IMG/VR virus record: IMGVR_UViG_3300012920_000048
Span: 1 to 55,608 of that record
Length of the DNA stretch: 55,608 nt
From: a virus
Lineage: Duplodnaviria > Caudoviricetes
Direction: 5' to 3' (one strand)
Position numbers and translations under genes: made by a program. The notes beneath the pieces were generated by a model. It searched no databases and had not been told where the DNA came from. It saw only the letters and a program-made list of their open reading frames with translations. Position 1 is the first letter of the stretch, and the number at the start of each line of letters is the position of its first letter. Positions 39,208 to 49,868 of the stretch are shown one piece after another.

Positions 39208-40407
39208 ATGCCAACACAGGTACAATTTAGAAGAGGCACAACAACACAGAATAACTCTTTTACCGGTGCGGTAGGTGAACTTTCCGTAGATACTACGCTA
39301 GATACAGTTAGAGTCCATGATGGCTCAACGGCAGGAGGACACAGGCTTGCCAAGTATTCAGAAATAACAACTGGAGACATAACGGCAGTCGTAGCAGGCA
39401 CAGGTTTATCCGGCGGTGCAACTAGCGGTAGTGCAACGGTAGCACTTTCCCACTTAGGATTAGAAAGTTTATCAGATCCAAACGATGATCAAATTATATT
39501 TTGGGACGACTCGGCTGGAGCAACAGCATTCCTTGATATTGGTTCAGGACTTGCCATATCAGGAACAACTTTATCTAGTTCTATAACACAATATGCAGAC
39601 TCAGATGCAAGAGGAGCAATCAGTGTAACAGATTCAGGCGGAGATGGTTCTCTCGCTTACAATAATTCTACAGGAGTTATAACATATACAGGACCTAGTG
39701 CCTCAGAAGTTAGGGCACATATAACAGCTGGAACAGGTGTAAGTATCAGTTCTGGCGAAGTAGCTATTGGACAAGCAGTAGCAACATCTAGTAATGTTAC
39801 ATTTGCAGATGTAGCAGCAACAGGTAATTTAACAGTTACAGGTAACCTAGATGTAAACGGAACGACTACAACTTTAGATACCACAAACTCAACAATAGCA
39901 GATAGACTTATTGAGTTAGGTAATGGAACAACTGGAACACCAGGTAATGACATGGGTCTAGTACTCGAAAGAGGAGACTCAGATAACGCATTTATTGGTT
40001 GGGACGAAAGTGCAGACAAGTTCCTAATGGGAACAGGCTCATTTACAGGAGCAAGCACAGGAGATCTTACAGTTACAACAGGAACACTTGTAGCAAATTT
40101 AGAAGGCAATGTTACCGGTAATGTAACAGGCAACGCAGATACTGCAACAGCATTGGCAACTGCCAGAGCAATTGCTTTGACAGGAGATGTTACAGGTACA
40201 GCAAACTTTGACGGTACAGCAGGCATATCAATTAGTGCAACTATTGCAGCTAATAGTGTGGCTTTAGGTACAGACACTACAGGTAATTATATGGCACAAG
40301 TTTCAGGTGGAGACGGTATTACAATCTCTCATACACAAGGAGAAGGTTCCACAGCTACTATTACAGGAACGGCTATATATAATAGTAGTGGAACAAAACT
40401 TAACTAG
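39208..40407 (+). CDS. Fibre protein with Mtd-N-like N-terminus
   Basis: Same VQFRRGTT domain, LVANLEGNVTGNVTGNADTATALATAR, C-terminal IYNSSGTKLN. Confidence 0.75.
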   Translation: MPTQVQFRRGTTTQNNSFTGAVGELSVDTTLDTVRVHDGSTAGGHRLAKYSEITTGDITAVVAGTGLSGGATSGSATVALSHLGLESLSDPNDDQIIFWDDSAGATAFLDIGSGLAISGTTLSSSITQYADSDARGAISVTDSGGDGSLAYNNSTGVITYTGPSASEVRAHITAGTGVSISSGEVAIGQAVATSSNVTFADVAATGNLTVTGNLDVNGTTTTLDTTNSTIADRLIELGNGTTGTPGNDMGLVLERGDSDNAFIGWDESADKFLMGTGSFTGASTGDLTVTTGTLVANLEGNVTGNVTGNADTATALATARAIALTGDVTGTANFDGTAGISISATIAANSVALGTDTTGNYMAQVSGGDGITISHTQGEGSTATITGTAIYNSSGTKLN

Positions 40408-40416
40408 GGGTAAAAT

Positions 40417-41394
40417 ATGGCATTAGCTAGCAGACAGGACTTACAAGACTACGCACTTAGAAGACTAGGTCACCCTGTTATTGAAATCAATGTTGATGAA
40501 GGACAACTATCAGACAGGATAGATGATGCCTTACAATTCTTTCAAGAATATCACTTTGATGGTGTAGAAAAAACATTCGTAAAACATCAGATAACAGGTT
40601 CCACATTAAAGCTAACTGCCAACCTAGCTAATAATTTCCAAAAGGGAGAGACTATTACGGGTGGCACATCAGGAGCTACAGCATTAGTAGATGGTGCTGA
40701 TAGTACAGCACAGTTTATACAACTAGAACAAGTAAAGTCTGGCACATTCCAGGGTGGAGAAACTATCACAGGTGATAGATCAGGAGCTACAGCTACACTA
40801 CATGGAACAGATACTTATATACAAGGCGATATAGAAAAAGGATATTTGCCTATTAGTAATAATATATTAGGTATAACCAAAGTATTTAACTTTGGAGGCG
40901 CAGCAACTAACAATACAAGAGATGGACAACTATTTGATTTAATGTATCAGTTTAGAATGAACGATCTCTATAACTTAATGGGTGCGGATATGATTTATTA
41001 TTCCGTAGTCCAAACACATTTGACAACTTTGCAGAAACTCCTAACAGGGGATAGGCAAATTAGATTTAATCGTAAAACAGATAGGCTTTATATAGATACT
41101 GATTGGGACAAAACATTCAATATTGGAGACTATGTTGTAGCAGAAGCGTATGCTATTATAGATCCTGCTACATATTCAGAAGTCTATGATGATATGTTTC
41201 TTAAGAAATATACAACTGCATTATTTAAAAAACAATGGGGCGATAATATTAAGAAGTTTGCTGGAATACAAATGCCGGGTGGTGTAACATTAGATGGACA
41301 ACAGATCTATCAAGAAGCCATTGAAGAAATTAGGCAAATAGAACAGGAGATGCAACTTAAATACGAATTACCACCTCAGTTTATGATAGGATAA
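40417..41394 (+). CDS. gp13: Neck protein gp13
   Basis: YALRRLGHPVIEINVD..Q..DRIDDALQFFQEYHFDG, KKQWG.N..KF.G..MPGGVTL.G. Confidence 0.93.
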   Translation: MALASRQDLQDYALRRLGHPVIEINVDEGQLSDRIDDALQFFQEYHFDGVEKTFVKHQITGSTLKLTANLANNFQKGETITGGTSGATALVDGADSTAQFIQLEQVKSGTFQGGETITGDRSGATATLHGTDTYIQGDIEKGYLPISNNILGITKVFNFGGAATNNTRDGQLFDLMYQFRMNDLYNLMGADMIYYSVVQTHLTTLQKLLTGDRQIRFNRKTDRLYIDTDWDKTFNIGDYVVAEAYAIIDPATYSEVYDDMFLKKYTTALFKKQWGDNIKKFAGIQMPGGVTLDGQQIYQEAIEEIRQIEQEMQLKYELPPQFMIG

Positions 41395-41398
41395 TACT

Positions 41399-42148
41399 AT
41401 GCCAACAAACAACTTTTTCCAAAATGGCGGTGGCATAGGCACAACAAACGAACAGCGCTTAATAGAAGATCTAATTATCGAGAGCCTTAAAATATATGGC
41501 CACGATACTTTTTACCTGCCTAGAACATTAATAAACAAAGATACGGTATTTGACGAGGATCAATTATCTAGTTTTGATGCTGCCTATCCTTTAGAAATGT
41601 ATTTGGAAAATGTACAAGGTTTTGCTGGACAAGGAGATATATTTACAAGATTTGGTATGGAAGTTAGAGATCAGGCAACTTTCATATTAGCAAAAAGAAG
41701 ATGGGAGGACATGGTAACAAGACAGAGTCCTTCTTTGGCAACTAATCTTAGACCTAATGAAGGCGATTTAGTATATTTCAGCAGAACAAAATCTTTATTC
41801 GAGATTAAATATGTAGATTTTCAAAATCCATTTTATCAGGCAAATCAAATCTATGTTTACAGATTAACTTGTGAACTGTTCGAATACAGCTCAGAAGATT
41901 TGGATACAGGTATTGCAGAAATAGATGCAATAGAAACAAAATACTCTCAGGATATGTTGGAGTATCAATTCAAACTAGAAGACAATGGATTATTCCTAAA
42001 AGAAGATGGTGGTTCATTAATTACAGAAGCATATCAAACAACTGTATCCGAACCTATAGACAATACAGACTTTGATAACCTACTATCTATAGAAGGTATA
42101 TTAGACTTCAGTGAAACAAATCCATTTGGTGAGATAGGAGGCTCGTAA
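41399..42148 (+). CDS. gp14: Neck protein gp14
   Basis: EQRLIEDLIIESLKIYG, YLPR, RPNEGDLVY, FEIKYV, PFYQ, LDFSETNPFG. Confidence 0.93.
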   Translation: MPTNNFFQNGGGIGTTNEQRLIEDLIIESLKIYGHDTFYLPRTLINKDTVFDEDQLSSFDAAYPLEMYLENVQGFAGQGDIFTRFGMEVRDQATFILAKRRWEDMVTRQSPSLATNLRPNEGDLVYFSRTKSLFEIKYVDFQNPFYQANQIYVYRLTCELFEYSSEDLDTGIAEIDAIETKYSQDMLEYQFKLEDNGLFLKEDGGSLITEAYQTTVSEPIDNTDFDNLLSIEGILDFSETNPFGEIGGS

Positions 42149-42942
42149 TGTTTAAGAATAAAACATTTTATCACAGCCATATAAGAAAGGCTATTATTGC
42201 CTTTGGAACTATATTCAATGATATAAACATTGAAAGAAAGAATAGCTCAGGTGCAGTAACACAAACATTAAGAGTACCTTTAGCGTATTCTACAAAACAA
42301 AAATTTATGACACGACTTGCTAGAGTGCCAGACTCAACAACAAGAGGTGAAGTAGCACTTACATTGCCTAGAATGGGATTTGAGATAAATGGTTTAACAT
42401 ATGATCCAGCAAGAAAGGTAGTACCTATACAAAGAAATAAAGTAGTGGGTATAGGAGATGATGCTAATACTGTTAGATCTGTATTTGCTTCCGCTCCGTG
42501 GAACTTAGATATAGCATTATATATATTTGCAAAGAACCAAAGTGATGGATTGTCTTGTTTGGAACAAATTATTCCTTACTTCAATCCAGACTTTAATATT
42601 ACAGTTAATGATCTCCCTGAAGTGGGAATTAAAAGAGATATAAAAATTACATTAGATAATGTTGGTTATGAAGATGAATATGAAGGCGAATTTGCTAACC
42701 GACTTAGTTTAGTTTGGACATTAAACTTTACTATGAGGCTTAACTTCTACAGTCATGTAGATAATGTAGGTATAATTAAGAAAGCAGTTGCAGATGCTTA
42801 TGTAGATCCTACACTAAGTTTAGATAAAAGCAAAGTAGCAGCAAGTAGAGGTAGAACAACTGTTTCAGTTAATCCTCTAACAGCTACACCAGCCGATGAA
42901 TATACATTCTTGGAGGAATTTGATGAAGCATTCGAAGAATAG
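42148..42942 (+). CDS. gp15: Tail sheath stabiliser/completion protein gp15
   Basis: FYH, AFGTIFNDI, VPLAY, LPRMGFE, EQIIPYFNP, WTLNFT. Confidence 0.93.
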   Translation: MFKNKTFYHSHIRKAIIAFGTIFNDINIERKNSSGAVTQTLRVPLAYSTKQKFMTRLARVPDSTTRGEVALTLPRMGFEINGLTYDPARKVVPIQRNKVVGIGDDANTVRSVFASAPWNLDIALYIFAKNQSDGLSCLEQIIPYFNPDFNITVNDLPEVGIKRDIKITLDNVGYEDEYEGEFANRLSLVWTLNFTMRLNFYSHVDNVGIIKKAVADAYVDPTLSLDKSKVAASRGRTTVSVNPLTATPADEYTFLEEFDEAFEE

Positions 42943-43420
42943 TGGGTTTGAAAGTTTAGACAAGAGCTTTAATACAAAAGAAATAACAAAAGCTCTAGAA
43001 ACAAACTTAAAAAAGACACAAGAAGAAAGACAACTACCTACAGTAGACATGTCAGCAGAAGACAGAGAGGCTCTACACAGGAAACAACAAGAAGAAGACT
43101 TGCAGTATGCTAGAATGATGTTAAAGCAGGCTGAAGCATTCAATGCTGAGGCTATTGAAGGCATATTACATATAGCAAGAAACTCAGATCAGCCTCGTGC
43201 ATATGAAGTAGCAGGTGGATTAATTAAAAATCTACAAGATAATGCTAAGGATATGTTAGATGTGCATGAGAAACAAAAAAGAATAACAGCAGACGACCCT
43301 AAAGCAAGAAGAATAGAAACACAAAACAATTTATTTGTAGGCAGTACAAAAGATCTACTGCAAGCTATCAAAGAGGATGATAGTAAAGTTATAGATGTAG
43401 AGAATGGCACAGAAACCTGA
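42923..43420 (+). CDS. gp16: Terminase small subunit gp16
   Basis: DLQYAR, PRAYEVAG, NNLFVGSTKDL; ATG 42923 follows a GGAGG SD. Confidence 0.9.
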   Translation: MKHSKNSGFESLDKSFNTKEITKALETNLKKTQEERQLPTVDMSAEDREALHRKQQEEDLQYARMMLKQAEAFNAEAIEGILHIARNSDQPRAYEVAGGLIKNLQDNAKDMLDVHEKQKRITADDPKARRIETQNNLFVGSTKDLLQAIKEDDSKVIDVENGTET

Positions 43421-45068
43421 ACAAGTATCATATCACGGCAACCCTAACCTTAAACCGTTAGCGTATCAGCATGATTTTACAAAAGAAGAAATACAAGAAT
43501 ATATAAAATGTAAAGAAGATCCTAAGTACTTTATAGAAAACTATGTAAAGATCGTAACACTAGATAAAGGATTACAACCATTTAAATTATTTGAATGCCA
43601 AAAAGGCAAAGTAGATCTCATTATGAAAGAGAGAAAAGTAATTTTAATGGAAGGACGACAGCAGGGTAAAACAGTTACAGCAGCTGCGTGTATATTACAT
43701 TATACAATATTCCAAGAAGATAAAACAGTAGCTATTATGGCTAACAAAGCCTCAGCAGCTAGAGAAGTATTAAACAGATATCAAATTATGTATGAGAACT
43801 TACCCTTATGGATGCAACAAGGTGTTAGAGTATGGAATAAGGGTGATGTAGAATTAGAAAATAATAGTAAAGTACTCACAGCAGCAACAACAGCAGCAGC
43901 CATTCGAGGTAAATCAGTAAACTGGTTGTACATTGATGAGGCAGCAATCATACCTAACAATATAGCGGACGAATTCTTTACTTCCGTTTATCCTACTATT
44001 TCTGCTGGTGAGACAACTAAAATTCTACTTACATCTACACCTTTAGGTTACAATCACTTCTGGAAATTCTGGAATGAATCTGAGAAAGGAGAGAACGGAT
44101 TTGAAAATATGTTTATTCCTTACTATGAGATTCCAGGTAGAGATGAGAAATGGTTAGAAGAACAAAAGAATCTATTAGGAGAAGTTAAATTTAACCAGGA
44201 GGTTATGTGTGAATTCCTAGGTTCTACTAATACACTAATAAATGCAACAACAATAGGTAGATTAAGTACAAAAGAACCTGAATATCAAAATAATGGATTA
44301 GATATATATGAAGATCCTAAAGAAGGGCATTACTACGCAATGGCATGTGATACTGCCAGGGGAATAGGTGGAGACTACTCTGCCTTTGTAGTCGTAGATA
44401 TTACGGAGATGCCCTACAAAGTGGTTGCTAAATATCGTAGGAACGATATTGCTCCTATGTTATTTCCTGATGTTATAGGTAAAGTAGGCAGAGATTATAA
44501 TAATGCCTTTATACTTGTAGAAGTAAATGATATAGGACAACAGGTAGTAGAAATACTACATCAAGAAGTAGAATACGAAAACATTCTTAGTACAGTTACA
44601 GAACAACAGAGGCAATATGTAAGTCCTGGATTTGGTAAAGCAACGAAACTAGGTGTTAATACTTCTAAACAAGTAAAAAGACAAGGATGTTTTACATTCA
44701 AATCATTACTTGAAGAACAAAAATTGTTGGTATTTGATGAACATATTATACATGAAATATCAACTTTTATTGAGAAAGGCAATACATACCAAGCCGACGA
44801 AGGCTATCATGATGACTTGGTAATGTGTATGGTACTGTTTGGTTGGCTGTCAAGTCAAAACTTTTTTAAAGATATGACTGATGTCAATGTTAGAGAAGGA
44901 TTGTATGGACAACAAATGGGAGAAATAGAAACTAATTTAACTCCTTTTATAAGACAAGACGGAACAGAACCAGAAGTAGAAGTAATAGGTAATGATGTTT
45001 GGCTATTAGAAGACGAGTATCACCCTAAAAACTTACAGAAGAAATTGAAAGATCTGATAAACAGATAA
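43404..45068 (+). CDS. gp17: Terminase large subunit gp17
   Basis: Walker A RQQGKT, Walker B YIDEAA, TSTP.G.NHF, DTARG.GGDYS, HDDLVM. Confidence 0.97.
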   Translation: MAQKPEQVSYHGNPNLKPLAYQHDFTKEEIQEYIKCKEDPKYFIENYVKIVTLDKGLQPFKLFECQKGKVDLIMKERKVILMEGRQQGKTVTAAACILHYTIFQEDKTVAIMANKASAAREVLNRYQIMYENLPLWMQQGVRVWNKGDVELENNSKVLTAATTAAAIRGKSVNWLYIDEAAIIPNNIADEFFTSVYPTISAGETTKILLTSTPLGYNHFWKFWNESEKGENGFENMFIPYYEIPGRDEKWLEEQKNLLGEVKFNQEVMCEFLGSTNTLINATTIGRLSTKEPEYQNNGLDIYEDPKEGHYYAMACDTARGIGGDYSAFVVVDITEMPYKVVAKYRRNDIAPMLFPDVIGKVGRDYNNAFILVEVNDIGQQVVEILHQEVEYENILSTVTEQQRQYVSPGFGKATKLGVNTSKQVKRQGCFTFKSLLEEQKLLVFDEHIIHEISTFIEKGNTYQADEGYHDDLVMCMVLFGWLSSQNFFKDMTDVNVREGLYGQQMGEIETNLTPFIRQDGTEPEVEVIGNDVWLLEDEYHPKNLQKKLKDLINR

Positions 45069-45124
45069 TGTATTTACAATAATTATACTGTATTTACAAA
45101 ATTGAAGGTAAAAAGATTGTCATG

Positions 45125-45132
45125 TATAAATA
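45125..45132 (+). promoter_or_regulatory. Late promoter for gp18
   Basis: Intergenic TATAAATA, then GAGGAG SD. Confidence 0.8.
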
Positions 45133-45193
45133 GTAGGATGATAATTAATAACTTGTGTCATTCATAAGATAATATAAACCGAGGAGAAGAAAC

Positions 45194-47110
45194 ATGGCAT
45201 TTCAGCTATCACCAGGTGTTCTCGTAAAAGAGACAGATCTTACTAGCATTGTTCCTTCAGTTGCATCTTCAATTGGTGCTTTTGTAGGAGATTTTGCGTG
45301 GGGTCCTTCAAATGAGATCACAACAATTAGTTCCGAAAACGAGTTGGTAGAGCGTTTCGGAGAGCCAAATGATACAACAGCTGTAAGTTTCTTTACAGCA
45401 GCATCATTCTTGGCATATGGTAATAACCTCAAGGTAGTAAGATCAGTTGACGATACCACAGCAGTTAATGCTGTAGCATCTGGTTCAGCAGTTCTTATTC
45501 AAAACGAGGAAGACTACGACAATAACCATGGTACCGGAGCAGGTACTAATGGAATGTGGGCAGCTAAGTGGCCTGGAGCTTTAGGTAATTCACTTAAAGT
45601 CTCATTTGCAGATTCTAGTAACTTTGATAGCAACTCTGTTGCTTCAGCTACTATTACAGCAGGTGGTTCAGGTTATACAAGTGCTCCTACAGTAACATTT
45701 GCAGCAGCACCAGCAGGCGGTATTACTGCTACTGGTACAGCAACAATTAGCGGAGGCGCTGTTACAGCAATTACTATTACTAATCCAGGTAATGGTTACA
45801 CTTCCGCACCAGCAATTACATTCAGTGGCGGAGAAGGTTCTGGAGCAACAGCTACAGCAGTCTTGGCAACTGATTGGGCTTACAAAGACGAATTCGATAG
45901 AGCTCCGTTAACATCACAAAGAGCGTTAACTAAGTCAGGTTCTAATGACGAAATTCATGTCATTGTTATTGACGAAGACGGATTGTTCTCAGGAGTAATT
46001 GGTACAGTATTAGAAAGATTCCCACATTGTTCTAAAGCGTCTGACGCACTAGGACTAGAAGGCGGATCTATTTTCTACAAAGACGTAGTTAATAACCAGT
46101 CTAAGTATGTTTGGTGGACAGACCACCCCGCAAGTGAATCCACTTGGGGTACTACACAGGCAGGTACAACATTTACATCAAACTTTACAGCAGCAGAATC
46201 AACAGTAAGTCTTACAGGCGGTGTTGATGACAGTCCTGAAGATGGAGATTACCAAACATCTTGGGCTTTATTTGGAGATGCAGAACAAACAGATGTAAAT
46301 CTATTAATTACAGGAGGCATGAGCCTTGTATCTCAAAAATATGTACAAGACAACATTGCTAAAGTAAGAAAAGATTGTATTTCATTCCACTCACCACAAT
46401 TAACATCAGTAGTAAACAACGCAGGTTCAGAAGGAACAGCGATTGCTACAGATAAAGCATCACTTGCAGCTACTTCATATAGTGTTATGGATAGTAACTG
46501 GAAGTACATGTATGATCGTTACAACGATACATTTAGATGGGTACCATGTAATGGTGACATCGCAGGACTTTGTGCTCATACAGATTTAGTTAGAGAGGCT
46601 TGGTTCTCTCCAGCAGGTCTTAATAGAGGACACATTAGGAATGCTTTCAAACTAGCTTGGAACCCTAACAAGGCAAATAGAGATGATATGTATAAAATTG
46701 GTATCAACCCTATTGTTAATATGCCTAATGATGGTATTGTATTGTTTGGAGATAAAACACTTCTAGCAGCACCTAGTGCTTTTGATAGAATCAATGTTAG
46801 AAGATTGTTTATTGTCCTAGAAAAAGCGATTGCTACAGCAGCTAAATATCAATTGTTCGAGTTCAACGATTCGTTTACAAGGCAACAGTTTACTTCTATT
46901 GTTACACCTTTCTTAAGAAGTGTACAGGGTAGAAGAGGAATATTTGACTTTAGAGTCATTTGTAACGACAGCAATAACACAGCAGAAGTAATAGACAAAA
47001 ATGAATTTGTTGCAGATATCTTTATCAAGCCAGCAAGATCCATTAACTTTATTACTCTTAACTTTATTGCTACAAGAACAGGCGTTAGCTTCGAAGAAGT
47101 TGGTGGTTAA
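45194..47110 (+). CDS. gp18: Tail sheath protein gp18
   Basis: MAFQLSPGV...[42 protein letters not shown]. Confidence 0.97.
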   Translation: MAFQLSPGVLVKETDLTSIVPSVASSIGAFVGDFAWGPSNEITTISSENELVERFGEPNDTTAVSFFTAASFLAYGNNLKVVRSVDDTTAVNAVASGSAVLIQNEEDYDNNHGTGAGTNGMWAAKWPGALGNSLKVSFADSSNFDSNSVASATITAGGSGYTSAPTVTFAAAPAGGITATGTATISGGAVTAITITNPGNGYTSAPAITFSGGEGSGATATAVLATDWAYKDEFDRAPLTSQRALTKSGSNDEIHVIVIDEDGLFSGVIGTVLERFPHCSKASDALGLEGGSIFYKDVVNNQSKYVWWTDHPASESTWGTTQAGTTFTSNFTAAESTVSLTGGVDDSPEDGDYQTSWALFGDAEQTDVNLLITGGMSLVSQKYVQDNIAKVRKDCISFHSPQLTSVVNNAGSEGTAIATDKASLAATSYSVMDSNWKYMYDRYNDTFRWVPCNGDIAGLCAHTDLVREAWFSPAGLNRGHIRNAFKLAWNPNKANRDDMYKIGINPIVNMPNDGIVLFGDKTLLAAPSAFDRINVRRLFIVLEKAIATAAKYQLFEFNDSFTRQQFTSIVTPFLRSVQGRRGIFDFRVICNDSNNTAEVIDKNEFVADIFIKPARSINFITLNFIATRTGVSFEEVGG

Positions 47111-47113
47111 CAT

Positions 47114-47121
47114 TATAAATA
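47114..47121 (+). promoter_or_regulatory. Late promoter for gp19
   Basis: Intergenic TATAAATA. Confidence 0.8.
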
Positions 47122-47144
47122 AAAGGATAAATTAGGAGAAAACA

Positions 47145-47657
47145 ATGCCAGACATTAATAGATTTAAGCAACAGTTGGCCAATGGAGGCGCTAGACCTAA
47201 TCAGTTTAGAGTCAACATTACTTTCCCCGTTGGATCACCAGATGGTTCTAAGCAATTGCTTGTTACAGGGGCTGCACTTCCAGCATCTACTGTTAACCCA
47301 GTGATTACACAGTACAGGGGAAGAGAAGTTAAGTTTGCAGGAGAAAGAATATTTGATCCATGGACTATTACTATTGTTAATGACAACGAAATGTCACTTA
47401 GAAGATCGTTTGAGCAGTGGATGCAAATGATTAACGATAAGGATAACAACGAAGGTAAAATTGAATGGGATCAGTATCAGAAAGAGATTGTTATTGAACA
47501 CTTGGATCGTAACGATAAGAGTATAAATAAAATTAACCTTAAGGAAGCGTTTCCAATTAATATGTCAGAAATTGCATTGGCTTATGCACAGAACGACATT
47601 ATTGAAGAATATACAGTAACATTCCAGTATCAAACTTACACATCAGACTTAGACTAA
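47145..47657 (+). CDS. gp19: Tail tube protein gp19
   Basis: GGARPNQF, LPAS, YRGR..K.AGER.FDPWTIT..ND, IEEYTVTFQY. Confidence 0.95.
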   Translation: MPDINRFKQQLANGGARPNQFRVNITFPVGSPDGSKQLLVTGAALPASTVNPVITQYRGREVKFAGERIFDPWTITIVNDNEMSLRRSFEQWMQMINDKDNNEGKIEWDQYQKEIVIEHLDRNDKSINKINLKEAFPINMSEIALAYAQNDIIEEYTVTFQYQTYTSDLD

Positions 47658-47678
47658 TCTAAGTTAGTAGGAAAAATT

Positions 47679-49274
47679 ATGGATTTATTTGGGTTTGAAA
47701 TAAAACGGAAAGAGCCACAGAAGAACGAAAAGTCGTTCGTGGCTCCTTCTACAGACGATGCTATAGAGAGTATACGAGCCGGTGGGTATTACGGCACCTA
47801 TCTAGATTTAGAAGGTGTCGCCCATACGGAAGCCGAGCTTGTTAAAAGATATCGTGATATAGCAGGTATGGCAGATGTCGATACAGCTATTGAAGATATA
47901 ATTAACGAATCTATAGCGCAGTTAGAAAACGAATCGCCTGTAGAAATTAATTTAGACGATGTAGAACTATCGTCAGCCGTTCGTAAATCAATATCCAAAG
48001 AGTTTGAAGAGATTAAGAATATCCTGGACTTTAAGGATAGAGCCCAGGATTATTTTAGAAGATGGTATATTGATGGAAAATTATTTTTTCATAAAGTCAT
48101 CGATATGGACAATCCTAAACAAGGGATAACAGATATTAGATATATCGATCCTAGGAAAATTAGGAAAGTTAGGGAAGTAAAGAAAGAGAAAAACCCTACA
48201 GGTGTCATGTTTGTTAAGAATGTAGAAGAATACTTTATCTATAATGATAAAGGAGTTACTACAAAACCAGGTGCATATGTAGCACCAGAAAATCAGCAAG
48301 GGCTGAAGATAACAAAAGACGCCATAGCATATTGTCCTAGTGGATTAGTAGATCATGACAAAAATATTTCGTTGTCGTATCTACATAAGGCAATTAGGCC
48401 TGCTAATCAACTTAGGATGATGGAGAATGCTGTTGTTATATATAGAATAACAAGAGCACCTGAAAGAAGGATATTTTATGTAGATGTTGGTAACTTGCCG
48501 AAGATGAAGGCAGAACAATATCTAAAAGACATCATGGATAGGTATCGTAATAAATTAGTTTACGATGCTAATACAGGTGAAATTAGAGATGATAAGAAGT
48601 TCATGTCTATGTTGGAAGACTTCTGGTTACCCAGAAGGGAAGGCGGAACAGGAACAAGTATTGATACATTGCCAGCAGGTCAAAACCTAGGGCAGATTGA
48701 AGATGTAGAGTATTTTCAAAGGAAATTGTATCAGTCATTAAACATTCCTGTATCGAGATTAGAACAACAGGCTGGACTAAACTTTGGTAGAGCAGCTGAG
48801 ATTAATCGAGACGAGATGAAGTTTACAAAATTCATCATCAAGTTAAGAAGAAAGTTCTCGGTATTGTTAGCGGACTTACTAAGAACGCAGCTCTTACTAA
48901 AAGGTGTTTTGACAGAGGAAGATTGGGACTCTATTAAAGATGATATAGAGTTTGAATTTGCTACTGATGCCTACTACACAGAATCTAAAGAACAAGAGAT
49001 TTTACGAAGTAGGGTAGAAGTATTAAATGGTCTTGCTGCTTACATAGGAACATTTTTTAGTAAGCGTTACATTCAAAAGAATGTTTTAATGCTAACTGAT
49101 GAAGAGATAGATACTATCGAAACAGAATTGTTGAGTGAACCTCAATATCAACGACAGTATCAATGGTCGCCACTTAGTGCAGTTCAACCGGACGCACCAC
49201 AAGGTGGCGGTGATATAAGTAATGAAGTACCTGGTGAAGGAAATCCTGTACCAGGCCCAGATAATGGAGCATAA
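47679..49274 (+). CDS. gp20: Portal protein gp20
   Basis: LFGF, RRWYIDG, IDPRKI, LHKAI.PANQLRMME, YRITRAPERRIFYVDVGNLPK, EDFWLPRREG. Confidence 0.97.
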   Translation: MDLFGFEIKRKEPQKNEKSFVAPSTDDAIESIRAGGYYGTYLDLEGVAHTEAELVKRYRDIAGMADVDTAIEDIINESIAQLENESPVEINLDDVELSSAVRKSISKEFEEIKNILDFKDRAQDYFRRWYIDGKLFFHKVIDMDNPKQGITDIRYIDPRKIRKVREVKKEKNPTGVMFVKNVEEYFIYNDKGVTTKPGAYVAPENQQGLKITKDAIAYCPSGLVDHDKNISLSYLHKAIRPANQLRMMENAVVIYRITRAPERRIFYVDVGNLPKMKAEQYLKDIMDRYRNKLVYDANTGEIRDDKKFMSMLEDFWLPRREGGTGTSIDTLPAGQNLGQIEDVEYFQRKLYQSLNIPVSRLEQQAGLNFGRAAEINRDEMKFTKFIIKLRRKFSVLLADLLRTQLLLKGVLTEEDWDSIKDDIEFEFATDAYYTESKEQEILRSRVEVLNGLAAYIGTFFSKRYIQKNVLMLTDEEIDTIETELLSEPQYQRQYQWSPLSAVQPDAPQGGGDISNEVPGEGNPVPGPDNGA

Positions 49275-49275
49275 A

Positions 49276-49566
49276 ATGGCAGAGACAGATAGAACAAAAG
49301 AAGTTAATGATTTAGTGGGCGATATACTAGCAGGCAACAATGCAGATGCCCAACAAAAATTTAACGACCAAATGACATCTAGAGCACATGAGGCTATAGA
49401 TGATATGAAATCAGGTATAGCAACTGATGTCTTTAATAAACATGTTGTAGATCCTGATATGGAACCACAAGGAGTCGGCTTAGAGGACTCGATTGTGGAT
49501 ATAGATCAAACCACAGGTAGACCAGTAGGTGAGCCTGAACAAGGAGAAACAAATGAAGACATTTAA
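49276..49566 (+). CDS. Prohead core protein (gp67-like)
   Basis: Small acidic ORF directly after the portal; LVGDILAGNNADAQQKF; start moved to ATG 49276. Confidence 0.55.
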   Translation: MAETDRTKEVNDLVGDILAGNNADAQQKFNDQMTSRAHEAIDDMKSGIATDVFNKHVVDPDMEPQGVGLEDSIVDIDQTTGRPVGEPEQGETNEDI

Positions 49567-49852
49567 AGATTTTAGAAACGGGACTATTACCGAAAGTCCT
49601 GTTGATGGTGTCGCAAAAGGCTCACTAGACGGCGATAAGCACTTGTGCGCTAGTAAAATTTTCAAAGAAGGTTTTGGAGAAGGGACACCTATTATTGGAG
49701 AACATGCAGAGCCAGTTGATGGCCATGTGTCTTGGTATAAAGTTATGTTTGAACACGGTATCGAAACAGTTGAAGTGAATGATCCTAATGTTGAAATTGT
49801 AGAGGCAGGTTCTCATGGGAATCATGCCAAAAAACCAGCAAAAAAATATTAA
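49553..49852 (+). CDS. Small head-associated protein
   Basis: MKTFKDFR....E start typical of T4-like prohead-packaged proteins; AAGGAG SD; His-rich. Confidence 0.6.
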   Translation: MKTFKDFRNGTITESPVDGVAKGSLDGDKHLCASKIFKEGFGEGTPIIGEHAEPVDGHVSWYKVMFEHGIETVEVNDPNVEIVEAGSHGNHAKKPAKKY

Positions 49853-49868
49853 TTAAAAGGATAAACAA

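Noticed and set aside
37072-40277. Long minus-strand ORFs (214 aa, 206 aa) over fibre genes
   Set aside because: Typical antisense frames of Thr/Ala/Gly-rich genes; no independent signals.
38939-40407. Diversity-generating retroelement suggested by Mtd-like N-termini
   Set aside because: No reverse transcriptase and no template/variable repeat pair seen in the window.
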